Assembly (NCBI GenBank): GCA_947589535.1
Contig: CANQAS010000003.1
Coordinates: forward strand, 1 to 49,647
Reading direction: 5' to 3'
Length of the DNA: 49,647 nucleotides
DNA from: an uncultured Bacilli bacterium
GTDB lineage: Bacteria > Bacillota_I > Bacilli_A > RF39 > UBA660
The translations under genes and the position numbers were made by a program. Of the stretch, positions 9,987 to 19,733 are shown in pieces. Below the pieces are notes generated by a model. The model was given only the letters and a program-made list of their open reading frames with translations, had not been told where the DNA came from and searched no databases. Numbering within the stretch: the first letter of the stretch is position 1; every line of letters begins with the position of its first letter.

Positions 9987-11042
9987 ATGAGCGCAGAAGA
10001 ATTAAGACAAGAAGCAGATGATATAAAAGCTGGAAAAGATGTTCAAGTTGAAGATATTGAAGTAAGCCAATCAACTAAATTTGCCGATTTGAAAAAAGAA
10101 GAACAAGAAGTAGATTCAGATTACAGCAACCCTGAACCTGATGTTAAAATTGACACTTCAGAAACTGATGAAAATAAAGAAGTTAAATTAGAAGCTCCAA
10201 AAACAGAAGATGTTAATAATGAAGGCGAAGTAGATACTCCACAAGATGAGGAGCCTAAAGTTGAAGTTCCAGATGACGATAAAACAGAAACACCAGATCC
10301 AATTGCAGTGCCAGGATTTGATGAACTAAACGCTAATTTATCATCTGAAAGTCCATCTATAGATGTAGCACCAACATATGAACCAGACTTAAATTTAAAT
10401 AATATTACTTTAGAATCTCCTACTGACATAGCTCCTAATACAGATTCTGCAACTCCTACTAATTTTTCTTATAATATGCCAATTGATGGTGGTTATTCTT
10501 TTGAAAATGAAGAAGTTTCACAATCATCAGCTGATACAAATGATGTTCAATATCAACAATATGATGTAATAAATAAAGATATAAAATACTTTAAAGATCC
10601 AAATGTTATTCCAAAATTAATGGATATCATAAAGGAAAATATAAGTGTCGGTGTTAAAGAATTAATTGAAAAAGAATTTAAAAGATTACAAGAACCAATG
10701 ATGAATACAAGCGAAGTTGGTGAAAGATCATATAATTTAGCAGATAGAATGATTAGAAACGGTCAAAATTTAGATAGCTTTAATGAATATGAAAAAATAA
10801 CTGATATTCGTGAAAAAGGTTCAGATGCAGCTAATGATTTTACTAATACAACAGGTTCATTACAATCTTTTGATGAATTTGGATATATTGCTAAAGATCC
10901 TATTAATATGCCATATACTCAACAAGACGAGGCTGATATAAATATAGGGCAAAATTATGAACCAGGTCAAAATGTTATTAAGGGAAACTTTGGATATGGC
11001 GAGGATCAAGATCAAAGTGATAATTTAAAAAAAGTTGGATAA
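9987..11042 (+). CDS. Hypothetical highly acidic, low-complexity protein
   Basis: Good RBS taggagga. The N-terminal half is rich in D/E/P/T (EVDTPQDEEPKVEVPDDDKTETPDP). The C-terminal half is more globular. Confidence 0.6.
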   Translation: MSAEELRQEADDIKAGKDVQVEDIEVSQSTKFADLKKEEQEVDSDYSNPEPDVKIDTSETDENKEVKLEAPKTEDVNNEGEVDTPQDEEPKVEVPDDDKTETPDPIAVPGFDELNANLSSESPSIDVAPTYEPDLNLNNITLESPTDIAPNTDSATPTNFSYNMPIDGGYSFENEEVSQSSADTNDVQYQQYDVINKDIKYFKDPNVIPKLMDIIKENISVGVKELIEKEFKRLQEPMMNTSEVGERSYNLADRMIRNGQNLDSFNEYEKITDIREKGSDAANDFTNTTGSLQSFDEFGYIAKDPINMPYTQQDEADINIGQNYEPGQNVIKGNFGYGEDQDQSDNLKKVG

Positions 11043-11140
11043 TAAATTTAAGTTATTTGCAAATAATAAAGATATACACTTGTATATCTTTTTTCTTTTT
11101 TAAATTTTAAAAATTAGAAAAAATTACCAAGAAAAAAATT

Positions 11141-11169
11141 GTATGAAATTCTAAATATTTCGCATTCTA
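11141..11169 (+). promoter_or_regulatory. Candidate forespore (sigma-G/sigma-F type) promoter of the SASP gene
   Basis: GTATG (11141-11145), a 17-nt spacer, then CATTCTA (11163-11169). This matches the gHATR-N17/18-CATxhTA consensus as I recall it, and sits about 27 nt upstream of the ATG. Confidence 0.55.
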
Positions 11170-11195
11170 TTAGTGTACAGGAGGTGAAAAAAAAC

Positions 11196-11399
11196 ATGAA
11201 AAATAGTAACAGATTAGTTGCTCCATCATCAAAACAAGCTATCGAACAAATGAAATACGAAATAGCTAACGAATTTGGTGTTAACTTAGGTGCTGACGCT
11301 ACTGCTAGAGCAAACGGTTCAGTTGGTGGTGAAATCACAAAACGTTTAGTTAAAATGGGTGAATCTCAATTAGGTGGATCATACAATACTCAAAAGTAA
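11196..11399 (+). CDS. Small acid-soluble spore protein, alpha/beta type
   Basis: Canonical SASP sequence: [49 protein letters not shown] aggaggtg lies 7 nt upstream. The tracked ORF start at 11139 is an upstream extension. Confidence 0.92.
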   Translation: MKNSNRLVAPSSKQAIEQMKYEIANEFGVNLGADATARANGSVGGEITKRLVKMGESQLGGSYNTQK

Positions 11400-11418
11400 T
11401 TATTAATATATAGATAAA

Positions 11419-11455
11419 GCCTTGAAATATAATTTTTTCAAGGCCTTTTTGTTTT
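11419..11455 (+). terminator. Rho-independent terminator after the SASP gene
   Basis: gccttgaaa / loop / tttcaaggc, followed by ctttttgtttt. Confidence 0.75.
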
Positions 11456-11502
11456 ATTTAACTTGATTTTGTTGTATAATTATATGCAGGAGAGTGATTG
11501 AT

Positions 11503-12678
11503 TTGAAAATATTATCTGTTAATGCTGGTTCTTCATCTTTAAAGTTCCAATTATATGAAATGCCAGAAGAAAAAGTATTAATATCTGGTCTTATGGAAAG
11601 AATAGGTGTAGGAAGCAGTTTTTACACAATAAAAGTTAATGGAGAAAAAATTAAAAAAGAAGTAGAACTAAATGATCATGAAGAAGCTTTTAAGGTTTTA
11701 GTAGAAGAATTAAAAGCTAATAACGTAGTTGATTCATTGGATGAAATAAAAGGAATTGGGCATCGTGTTGTTCAAGGTGGTGATTATTTTGATAAAACAG
11801 TAGTTATTAATGACGAAGTGCTTTCTAAAATTGATGAATTATCACCACTAGCACCACTTCATAATCCAGCTGCAATTACTGGTATTAAAGCTGCTATGGA
11901 AGTTTTTAAAGGTGCCGTTCAAACTGCCGTATTTGATACTGCATTTCATCAAACAATGCCTAAAGAGAATTATTTATATGCACTACCAATGTCTTGGTAT
12001 GAAAAATTAAAAGTTAGAAGATATGGAGCTCATGGAACATCTCATAAGTTTGTATCGGAAAGAATGAATGAAATTTTAGGTAGAAAAGATACTAAGTTAA
12101 TTACGTGTCATATAGGAAATGGTGCATCTATTAGTGCTGTTTTAAATGGTAAATGCATTAATACTAGTATGGGACTTACTCCAAACGCTGGTTTAATTAT
12201 GGGAACAAGATGTGGTGATATTGATGCTAGTATCATTCCATACGTTATGGAAAAAACTGGTATGAGCACAAAAGAAATTGATAATGCTATAAATAAAGAA
12301 AGCGGATTACTTTCAATAAGTAGAAAATCTAGTGATTCAAGAGACATAGAAGATGGAATTGCAGCAGGAGATGAAAACTGCATTTTAGCACAAAAAATGT
12401 ATGTTAGAAGAATAGTAGATTACATTGCTAAATATTATGTAGAAATGAATGGATGTGATGCAATAGTATTTACCGCAGGTATAGGAGAAAAAGCAATTGA
12501 TACAAGACGTGATGTATTAAATGAATTATCAGCATTAGGAATATATTTAAATGAAGAAGCTAACAATGTTCGAAGCGAAGAACGTAAAATTAGTACTGAT
12601 GATTCTAAAGTAGAATGTTGGATTATTCCTACTGATGAAGAACTTATGATTGCAAAAGATACTTATGAATTAATATAG
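11503..12678 (+). CDS. ackA: Acetate kinase
   Basis: KILSVNAGSSSLKFQLY, HRVVQGG, FDTAFHQTMP, RRYGAHGTSH, CHIGNGASI, FTAGIGE. I prefer the TTG start at 11503 (AGGAG 10 nt upstream). The tracked GTG at 11494 lies only 1 nt after the RBS. Confidence 0.93.
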   Translation: MKILSVNAGSSSLKFQLYEMPEEKVLISGLMERIGVGSSFYTIKVNGEKIKKEVELNDHEEAFKVLVEELKANNVVDSLDEIKGIGHRVVQGGDYFDKTVVINDEVLSKIDELSPLAPLHNPAAITGIKAAMEVFKGAVQTAVFDTAFHQTMPKENYLYALPMSWYEKLKVRRYGAHGTSHKFVSERMNEILGRKDTKLITCHIGNGASISAVLNGKCINTSMGLTPNAGLIMGTRCGDIDASIIPYVMEKTGMSTKEIDNAINKESGLLSISRKSSDSRDIEDGIAAGDENCILAQKMYVRRIVDYIAKYYVEMNGCDAIVFTAGIGEKAIDTRRDVLNELSALGIYLNEEANNVRSEERKISTDDSKVECWIIPTDEELMIAKDTYELI

Positions 12679-12688
12679 TAGGTTATAT

Positions 12689-13639
12689 ATGGAAAACAAA
12701 ATACTAGAATTAATAAAAAAATATAAGAAAATAATTATTGCAAGACATATAGGAGCCGATCCTGATGCTTTAGGATCTACCTTCGCGTTAAAGGAAATAA
12801 TATTAGAAAACTTTCCAGAAAAAGAAATTTATGTTGCGGGTACACCTGTTGCTAAGTTTAAATTTTTTGGCACACACGATAAAATAACAGAAGAGTTATA
12901 CCAAGATGCACTTTTAATAGCACTTGATATACCAGATATTAAAAGACTAGATGGTGTTGATTATTATAAATTTAAAGATACAATAAAAATAGATCACCAT
13001 CCTGAAATTGATAAGTTTTCTGATATAGAGATAATTGATGTTGATGCATCAAGCGCTTGTGAACTAATTGCAAAGTGGTGTTATAAATGTAATCTTAAGA
13101 TGCCAAAGCATGCCGCTGAAAATATATTTATAGGCATAATTGCGGATACTAATAGATTTTTATTTTGTTCTAATAAGCCGGAAACTTATAAAATAGTTTT
13201 AGACCTTATTCAAAAAGAACGCATTAATCCTAATGAATTATATGAGATTCTATATAAAAGATCAATTCCTGAAGTAAGGTTAGAAGGTTTTATTTCACTT
13301 AACATGAAAGTAAATAAAAATGGCCTTGGGTATGTTAAAATAACAGCTAAAGATTTAAAAAATTATGGGGTGGATTCAGCAAGTGTAGGTAGCATTATGA
13401 ATAATTATAATTTCATAGATGGGCTTATGTGTTGGGTAGTATTTACTGAAGACGTAAAAAATGGTGTAATTAGAACATCTGCAAGAAGTAGAGGAATTAA
13501 GATAAATAAATTATTTGAACAATATAATGGTGGGGGACATGCATATGCATGTGGCGCTAAGCTAAAAAACTTTAGTGAAGCGGATGAAATAATTGCTAAA
13601 TTAGATGAATTATGTAAAGAATACAAGGAAGACGAATAA
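12689..13639 (+). CDS. nrnA: DHH/DHHA1 phosphoesterase (NrnA-type oligoribonuclease / pAp phosphatase)
   Basis: ARHIGADPDALGS, DHH at IKIDHHPE, and the DHHA1 motif GGGHAYACGA. Confidence 0.8.
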   Translation: MENKILELIKKYKKIIIARHIGADPDALGSTFALKEIILENFPEKEIYVAGTPVAKFKFFGTHDKITEELYQDALLIALDIPDIKRLDGVDYYKFKDTIKIDHHPEIDKFSDIEIIDVDASSACELIAKWCYKCNLKMPKHAAENIFIGIIADTNRFLFCSNKPETYKIVLDLIQKERINPNELYEILYKRSIPEVRLEGFISLNMKVNKNGLGYVKITAKDLKNYGVDSASVGSIMNNYNFIDGLMCWVVFTEDVKNGVIRTSARSRGIKINKLFEQYNGGGHAYACGAKLKNFSEADEIIAKLDELCKEYKEDE

Positions 13640-13697
13640 TAGTAGTCTTTTTTTGTATTTAAAAATATGTTATTATTTAATATATGAGGTATTAATT

Positions 13698-13976
13698 ATG
13701 AGGATTAATAATGAAGAAATAGATATTAATGTCTTAACAAAAGATATATATGATGATAAAAATATGATTAAAATGAGAGGTAATGGTATTTACTTAAGTG
13801 ATAATCAAATAGAAGTGTTAAAAAGATATAATATTGATTATAATAAATATACATCTTTAAGTAGCTTGATATTTGATATAGAAGAAATATTAAATGAAGA
13901 AACTGATATAGAAGATTTAGAGGAAGTATCTCAAAGACTTGCGGAACTAAATTATTATAATTATACTAACAAGTGA
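13698..13976 (+). CDS. Hypothetical small acidic protein (92 aa)
   Basis: ATG at 13698 preceded by tgaggt. The upstream part of the tracked ORF overlaps the nrnA 3' end and is probably not translated. Confidence 0.5.
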   Translation: MRINNEEIDINVLTKDIYDDKNMIKMRGNGIYLSDNQIEVLKRYNIDYNKYTSLSSLIFDIEEILNEETDIEDLEEVSQRLAELNYYNYTNK

Positions 13977-13993
13977 AAGTATAGGAGTTAATT

Positions 13994-15769
13994 ATGAAAG
14001 AACGTTATGAAAAGTTATTAAATGATATAAAGTCACAAGAAGAAACGGATACGTTACTAAAAAATCAAGAAAAAATAAAAAGGGAAAAATGGAGTTTATA
14101 TTGGCAATTAGACTCTCATAATAAAATTTTGGAAGAATTTAAATTAGAATTAAAGAAATTGGAAACTTTCAATAACAAACTTTTCCATAGAAAAGATTAT
14201 AAGTCTAAAAAGGAGAAAATTAAATCCGATATTGATTCCTTGGTGAGAGATATTGAAAAAACAAAAGAAAATATAAACAAATTGGAAAATGAGCAAAAGA
14301 AAATAGAAAAAGAGTTAAAATCTTTAAATGTTACAATAGATGAAGACCCATATGGAAAAAATAAGAAAAGAATACCTTTTAGTATGTCAGAAGAAGGATT
14401 TATCTATATTAATACTGAAAATTTAGAAACATTACCAGAAAAAGCGATTTCCATTGATATTGATGAAAAAATTTTGGTTCATTGTACAGACTTGTTTCCA
14501 ATTAGCAATAAAATATTAACAAGCAGTGAAGGGCGTAAAATTGATGGTAAGAGTGATGGTAAGGTTGATATAACATATAAAGGTTTTACTAAAACAATCC
14601 CAAGTATTTCTACTAGAAATACTGTTCATTTTACTGAAAATAATGTAGTTGGTAATCACATATATGGTACCTTTCCAGATCATTATATAATACTAGAACC
14701 AATTAAACATCATCTGGATCAAATAGTAAATGAAAACCCTAGTGATACATGGGCAAGAGGTAGTGTTACCTTATCGAATGATGCTATTATTTTAGTAAAG
14801 AAAGATAAAATAAATGATATTCCAAAAGATGTAATAAAAAAATATAATATTATTTTATACGATGGGGATAGAAAAATTTGCGTAAAAAACTTACTTGAAC
14901 AATTAGGTTATCCAATTCTTGAGACATGTGTGAGTTATCCAGCCCATGCCGCTTCTTTAGATTGTCATTTAGAGGTTTGTATAAAAATAAGAAACCAAAT
15001 GATTAGTTTCTTTCAAGGTAAAGTAATTAATTCTAATAATTTTTCTTTGGATATGAAAAATATGATGATTTTATATGATTTTTTTAAAACAGCATATTGT
15101 TTTTATAATTTTGGTGAACAATTTAACGATAAATTTTTAAATTCTCAAATAACTAAGCAATTATGCAAAAAATATAATATAGATTTTGAATTATTTAAAT
15201 TTTTCATTAATTTCGGTATGTTAAAAAATGGTGAAAATTACGTTCCTCTTTCATATGACAAAATGGTTGAATTAAGTGATATAATAAATGATAAAAACTT
15301 TAATGAAAACGCATTTAATATGATTATAAGTAAATTTGGAATATCGGAATTACAGGAAGCATTAAATAATAAAAAAGAAGAGGATATGATTATAGTAGAT
15401 AAAAACGAATTACTAGATAAATCTTTTAACGAAATAAATAATTTTGAAAATTTAAGATTTGCTGCCGAATTTCAAAATTATGTAAAGAAAATTTTTGAAA
15501 GCTTAGGATTAGAGTCAACAGTATCATTTGATATGGAAGGTATCAATGTTATGTTTTATAGTACAAAAGATAAATCAGAAGTATATTTTAAAGACGGTTT
15601 TGATATTACTACTATTAGTGAGTTTGGCTATGGAGAAGAGATTGATTGCAGATTATCGTTTCATCTGAATTGTAAAGATTTATCATGTGCAGAAATATTG
15701 GAACAATGTAATAAATATGTACAAAGTGTAGGAAAATTAAATAATAAAAAATGCAGTAAGAAATGGTGA
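13994..15769 (+). CDS. Hypothetical 591-aa protein: N-terminal coiled coil plus a globular region of unknown function
   Basis: RBS taggag. The first ~110 aa are heptad-like K/E-rich. They are followed by the block ILVHCTDLFP...RNTVHFTENNVVGNHIYG...IILEP, and then a Cys-containing C-terminal region. I recognise no family. Confidence 0.7.
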   Translation: MKERYEKLLNDIKSQEETDTLLKNQEKIKREKWSLYWQLDSHNKILEEFKLELKKLETFNNKLFHRKDYKSKKEKIKSDIDSLVRDIEKTKENINKLENEQKKIEKELKSLNVTIDEDPYGKNKKRIPFSMSEEGFIYINTENLETLPEKAISIDIDEKILVHCTDLFPISNKILTSSEGRKIDGKSDGKVDITYKGFTKTIPSISTRNTVHFTENNVVGNHIYGTFPDHYIILEPIKHHLDQIVNENPSDTWARGSVTLSNDAIILVKKDKINDIPKDVIKKYNIILYDGDRKICVKNLLEQLGYPILETCVSYPAHAASLDCHLEVCIKIRNQMISFFQGKVINSNNFSLDMKNMMILYDFFKTAYCFYNFGEQFNDKFLNSQITKQLCKKYNIDFELFKFFINFGMLKNGENYVPLSYDKMVELSDIINDKNFNENAFNMIISKFGISELQEALNNKKEEDMIIVDKNELLDKSFNEINNFENLRFAAEFQNYVKKIFESLGLESTVSFDMEGINVMFYSTKDKSEVYFKDGFDITTISEFGYGEEIDCRLSFHLNCKDLSCAEILEQCNKYVQSVGKLNNKKCSKKW

Positions 15770-15773
15770 TAAA

Positions 15774-16715
15774 ATGGAAAAAATAAGTTTAAAAAACATA
15801 TATAATGAAGAGGTAGAAATAGAAATTGTAGATAATGAAAAGGATGCGGATTTTATAACTCATAGTGGTACTTTTCATGCTGACGAAGTAATGGCAACGG
15901 TAATATTATTAAATAAATTTGGTAGTATGAAATTATTTAGAACTAGTTTGGTTAGTAATAATAATGCTTTTGTTTATGATGTTGGTTTTGGAAAGTTTGA
16001 TCATCATGGGATAGATTTCGACGAAAAAAGGGATAATGGAATAAAGTACGCTTCTTGCGGTCTTGTGTGGAAAGCTTTTGGCTTAGATATAATAAGTAAT
16101 TTAAAAGTGGAAAATAAAAATGCTTTTTTTGATACAATAGATAAAAATATTATTATGGATATTGATAGAGATGATAATGGTCAAACATTAAATAATGTAC
16201 CGGAAATAAAATTACAAAATATCCCAAGTTTAATTGCAAGTTTTAATCCATCATGGGATGATTTATCATCAGAAACTGATTGTTTTTTGAATGCGGTTTC
16301 ATTTGCTAATACAGTATTTAATAATATAGTAAAAAATATGGTTTCAAAAGAATCAGCAAGAAAAATAATAGAAAAAAATATAGAAGAAAGTAAAAATGGT
16401 ATTTTAATATTAGATAATTACATGCCATGGAAAGACATAGTATTAACATCTAAAAATCCAAAGGCAAGTGAAATATTATATGCAATTTTTCCATCGAAAA
16501 GGGGAGGATATAACGTTGTTGCTGCACCGGTTTCTTCAGGTAGTTTTGCTATAAAGAAAAAATTTCCTGAAAGTTGGGCAGGAAAAGAAAACGAAGAACT
16601 TCAAAAAATAAGTGGTGTAGATACTATTACTTTCTGTCATAAAAACTTATTTATATGTGCGTGTAAAACTTTAGAAGATGCTATTAAGATAGCTAAAATA
16701 TCATTAAAAAATTAA
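15774..16715 (+). CDS. MYG1-family (UPF0160) metal-dependent hydrolase/exonuclease
   Basis: THSGTFHADEVMA ... FDHHG signature typical of MYG1. Confidence 0.8.
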   Translation: MEKISLKNIYNEEVEIEIVDNEKDADFITHSGTFHADEVMATVILLNKFGSMKLFRTSLVSNNNAFVYDVGFGKFDHHGIDFDEKRDNGIKYASCGLVWKAFGLDIISNLKVENKNAFFDTIDKNIIMDIDRDDNGQTLNNVPEIKLQNIPSLIASFNPSWDDLSSETDCFLNAVSFANTVFNNIVKNMVSKESARKIIEKNIEESKNGILILDNYMPWKDIVLTSKNPKASEILYAIFPSKRGGYNVVAAPVSSGSFAIKKKFPESWAGKENEELQKISGVDTITFCHKNLFICACKTLEDAIKIAKISLKN

Positions 16716-16716
16716 T

Positions 16717-16786
16717 TTGCATTTTACACTTAACTTTGCTATAATACTACCCGCAATTGCAAGATTTATATCTTTTTTGCTATAAT
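16717..16786 (+). promoter_or_regulatory. Two tandem near-consensus sigma-A promoters upstream of engB
   Basis: P1: TTGCAT (16717-22), 17 nt, TATAAT (16740-45). P2: TTGCAA (16757-62), 18 nt, TATAAT (16781-86). Both carry the extended TGc element (tttgcTATAAT). Confidence 0.6.
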
Positions 16787-16808
16787 ATTAGACGTAGGTG
16801 ATAAACAT

Positions 16809-17405
16809 ATGAAAATAAATGATGTACAAGAACCAATAATAGCGGTTAGAAGAAGTCAGTATCCTACTGATAATAAACCAGAGTTCTTGCTTATTGGAAG
16901 AAGTAATGTAGGGAAATCTAGTTTTACTAACTCAATAATGGAAAGAAGAAATCTAGCTAGAACTTCTAGTAAACCTGGTAAAACACAAACTATTAATTTT
17001 TATGAAGTTAATAATGATTTTTATTTAGTAGATGTTCCGGGATATGGGTATTCTCAGGCTGGTAAGGAATCTCAGAAGAAGTTTGGGATGATGATAGAAG
17101 AGTATTTGTCCGAAAGAGAAAACTTAAATCAGGTATTTATGCTAATTGATTTTAGGCATAAACCAACCGAAGACGATTTGCTTATGTATAATTTTTTAAA
17201 ATTCCATGGGGTAAAAGTAACTTTAATAGCAACAAAGGTTGATAAGGTAGGAACTACTCAAAGAGAAAAGTTTAAAAAACAAATTACTGATAATATAGAT
17301 CTAGCAATGGGAGATGAACTTGTATTGTTCTCTTCTAAGACTAAACTAGGAAAAAAAGAAATACAAGGAATTATAGAAAAAGAAGTTTATGGAATAGAAT
17401 CATAA
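16809..17405 (+). CDS. engB: Ribosome biogenesis GTPase EngB/YsxC (YihA)
   Basis: GRSNVGKSSF G1 motif, DVPGYGY G3, TKVDK G4. Size is typical of the family. Confidence 0.9.
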   Translation: MKINDVQEPIIAVRRSQYPTDNKPEFLLIGRSNVGKSSFTNSIMERRNLARTSSKPGKTQTINFYEVNNDFYLVDVPGYGYSQAGKESQKKFGMMIEEYLSERENLNQVFMLIDFRHKPTEDDLLMYNFLKFHGVKVTLIATKVDKVGTTQREKFKKQITDNIDLAMGDELVLFSSKTKLGKKEIQGIIEKEVYGIES

Positions 17406-17462
17406 ACTTCTTTTTTTATTTAATTTATGATATAATTTATAAACGAAAAAGAGGTGGTTAAT

Positions 17463-18773
17463 ATGAATTTACCAACTATTGCATTAGTCGGAAGACCAAA
17501 CGTAGGGAAATCAACTTTATTTAATAGATTAGTCGGAAAAAAACAAGCAATTATTGAAGATACTCCTGGAGTTACAAGAGATAGGATATATGGTAATGGA
17601 TCATATATGGATTATAAGTTTAATGTTATAGATACTGGTGGTATAGATATTGGTATTGACACTTTTAACAAAGAAATAAAAGTGCAAGCAGAACTTGCTA
17701 TTGATGAGGCAGAAGTTGTTATTTTTATCGTTGATGGAAAAGAAGGCATTACTGCTAATGATCTTGCAGTAAGAGATATTTTAAGAAGAAGTAATAAAAA
17801 AATTGTGGTTGCAATTAATAAAATTGATAATAAGTCTGCTATGGAAAATATATATGATTTTTATGAACTTGGTTTTGATTATTACATACCAATTTCTGGA
17901 TCACATAATATTGGTATTGATGATTTAATGGATGAAGTAACAATTGGATTTCCTAAAAATATTTATGATGAATATGGTAGTGATGTCGTTAAATTCTGCG
18001 TTATAGGAAGACCAAACGTAGGGAAATCTAGTTTAGTTAATGCAATTTTAAATGAAGAAAGAGTAATTGTAAGTGATGTTGCTGGAACTACGAGGGATAC
18101 CGTTGATACTGAGTTTAACTATCAAAAACAAAAATTCGTTGTAATTGATACAGCAGGTATGAGAAAAAAAGGTAGAGTATATGAATCTATTGAAAAATAC
18201 AGTCTTCTTAGGAGTATGAAAGCGATAGATAGAAGTGATGTTTGTTTAGTTGTAATTAATGCCGAAGAAGGAATAATAGAACATGATAAGCATATTGCCA
18301 GTTATGCTCTTGAAGCTGGAAAAGCGCTTGTGCTAGTAGTTAATAAATGGGATACTATGGATGATAAAGATAATATTAAAGAGTTTACTAAACTAGTAAG
18401 AGCTGAATTTCAATTTTTAAGTTATGTGCCAATAGTATTTCTATCAGCTAAGACAAAAAAGAGAATGCATACTTTAATGCCAGAGGTAATAAAAGTATTT
18501 GAAAACTCACATAGAGAGATTAAAACAAGTATACTAAATGATGTTATAACAGATGCTGTAGCACTTCAAGCTCCACCTTCTTATAAGGGTAAAAGACTAA
18601 AAATATATTTTACTTCTCAATCTGGGATTACTCCTCCAAAATTTACTTTTCATGTTAATAACAAGGGATTAGTGCATTTTTCATATGAAAGATATTTAGA
18701 AAACAAAATAAGAGAAAATTTTGATTTTGAAGGAACACCAATAGTATTTCAATTTAAAAATAGAAATGAGTAA
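17463..18773 (+). CDS. der: Ribosome-associated GTPase Der/EngA (two GTPase domains plus KH-like)
   Basis: Two G domains ([12 protein letters not shown] ... DTGG ... NKID, and [12 protein letters not shown] ... DTAGMR ... NKWD). ATG at 17463 follows gaggtgg. Confidence 0.95.
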   Translation: MNLPTIALVGRPNVGKSTLFNRLVGKKQAIIEDTPGVTRDRIYGNGSYMDYKFNVIDTGGIDIGIDTFNKEIKVQAELAIDEAEVVIFIVDGKEGITANDLAVRDILRRSNKKIVVAINKIDNKSAMENIYDFYELGFDYYIPISGSHNIGIDDLMDEVTIGFPKNIYDEYGSDVVKFCVIGRPNVGKSSLVNAILNEERVIVSDVAGTTRDTVDTEFNYQKQKFVVIDTAGMRKKGRVYESIEKYSLLRSMKAIDRSDVCLVVINAEEGIIEHDKHIASYALEAGKALVLVVNKWDTMDDKDNIKEFTKLVRAEFQFLSYVPIVFLSAKTKKRMHTLMPEVIKVFENSHREIKTSILNDVITDAVALQAPPSYKGKRLKIYFTSQSGITPPKFTFHVNNKGLVHFSYERYLENKIRENFDFEGTPIVFQFKNRNE

Positions 18774-18779
18774 GTATTA

Positions 18780-19403
18780 ATGAAAGAAGTAATAATAAAA
18801 AAAGTAAATGGCAGTTATAAAATTCCTAAGTTTTTAAGATTAAAAGCAGGTAAGTTAAAATATAAATTTGAGTATAATAGTAAAATGTATGGTAAAGAAA
18901 TAAATGCTGATGACAAAGATGCGAAGCAAATTTCTTTACTTGTAGAAGCCTTAAATATAAAGAATAAAAATGAAAGATTAGAATTTATATATGATAAATC
19001 ATGTGATTTGCTAGATGATGATTTTTATGGTAAGAACATATGTGAGTTTAAAAATGGTAAATGTATTCATGACAGAAAAGGAAAAAATTTAGGAGGAGGT
19101 TGTTGCTGTGATAGTAAAAACCATCTAACTATGTGCCCATACTTAACTAATAAAGGATGTTCTATTAGATGTTTGGCATGTAAATTTCATATTTGTTCAT
19201 TCTTAAGAAAAAAAGGTTATAAGTATCATATAAATGATATATATTTATTAAGATATTTATTAAACTGGAAACAAAAAATAATGGTTTATAATGACTTTTT
19301 TATGACGAAAGAAGAAATTTTAAAAGATATCAAAAAAAATAGTATTATCTTATGGGTTTTTTCAAGTAGGAAAAAGTTTGTTAAGTATGATGTAAACAAT
19401 TAA
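18780..19403 (+). CDS. Hypothetical cysteine-rich protein (207 aa)
   Basis: The start is 6 nt after the der stop. Central cluster: CEFKNGKCIHD...GGGCCCDSKNHLTMCPYLTNKGCSIRCLACKFHIC. I recognise no family. Confidence 0.6.
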   Translation: MKEVIIKKVNGSYKIPKFLRLKAGKLKYKFEYNSKMYGKEINADDKDAKQISLLVEALNIKNKNERLEFIYDKSCDLLDDDFYGKNICEFKNGKCIHDRKGKNLGGGCCCDSKNHLTMCPYLTNKGCSIRCLACKFHICSFLRKKGYKYHINDIYLLRYLLNWKQKIMVYNDFFMTKEEILKDIKKNSIILWVFSSRKKFVKYDVNN

Positions 19404-19440
19404 AACATAATTCATATATTACTCTAGGAGTGATAATTGT

Positions 19441-19683
19441 ATGGGAATAACTGATAGTTTTCTTAATAAGGTAGAAAAAAGAACTAATGTTAGTAAAAAA
19501 TCTATTTTAGATCTTGCTGAAAGATTAAAAGGCGGTAATCTAAAAGATGAAAAAACCATTAGGGGAGTAATAGATGAACTATCTAAATTAACTGGTAAAC
19601 CAGTTTCTAAAGAGCAATCTGATAAAATAGTTAAAGCGGTTGTAGGGGATCAAATACCAAATAATTTAGAAAATATGCTTTAA
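19441..19683 (+). CDS. spoVIF: Stage VI sporulation protein F
   Basis: 80 aa. FLNKVEKRTNVSKKSILDLAE...LKDEKTIRGVIDELSKLTGKPVSKEQSDKIVKAV closely mirrors B. subtilis SpoVIF (YjcC) as I recall it. RBS aggagtg. Confidence 0.7.
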   Translation: MGITDSFLNKVEKRTNVSKKSILDLAERLKGGNLKDEKTIRGVIDELSKLTGKPVSKEQSDKIVKAVVGDQIPNNLENML

Positions 19684-19708
19684 AAGAAGTTTTAACTTCT
19701 TTTTTTTA
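19682..19708 (+). terminator. Rho-independent terminator after spoVIF
   Basis: aaaagaagtt / aacttctttt inverted repeat followed by a T run. An extended -10 (tgtataat, 19710-19718) follows immediately. Confidence 0.65.
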
Positions 19709-19733
19709 TTGTATAATAATTTTGGTGATTAAT

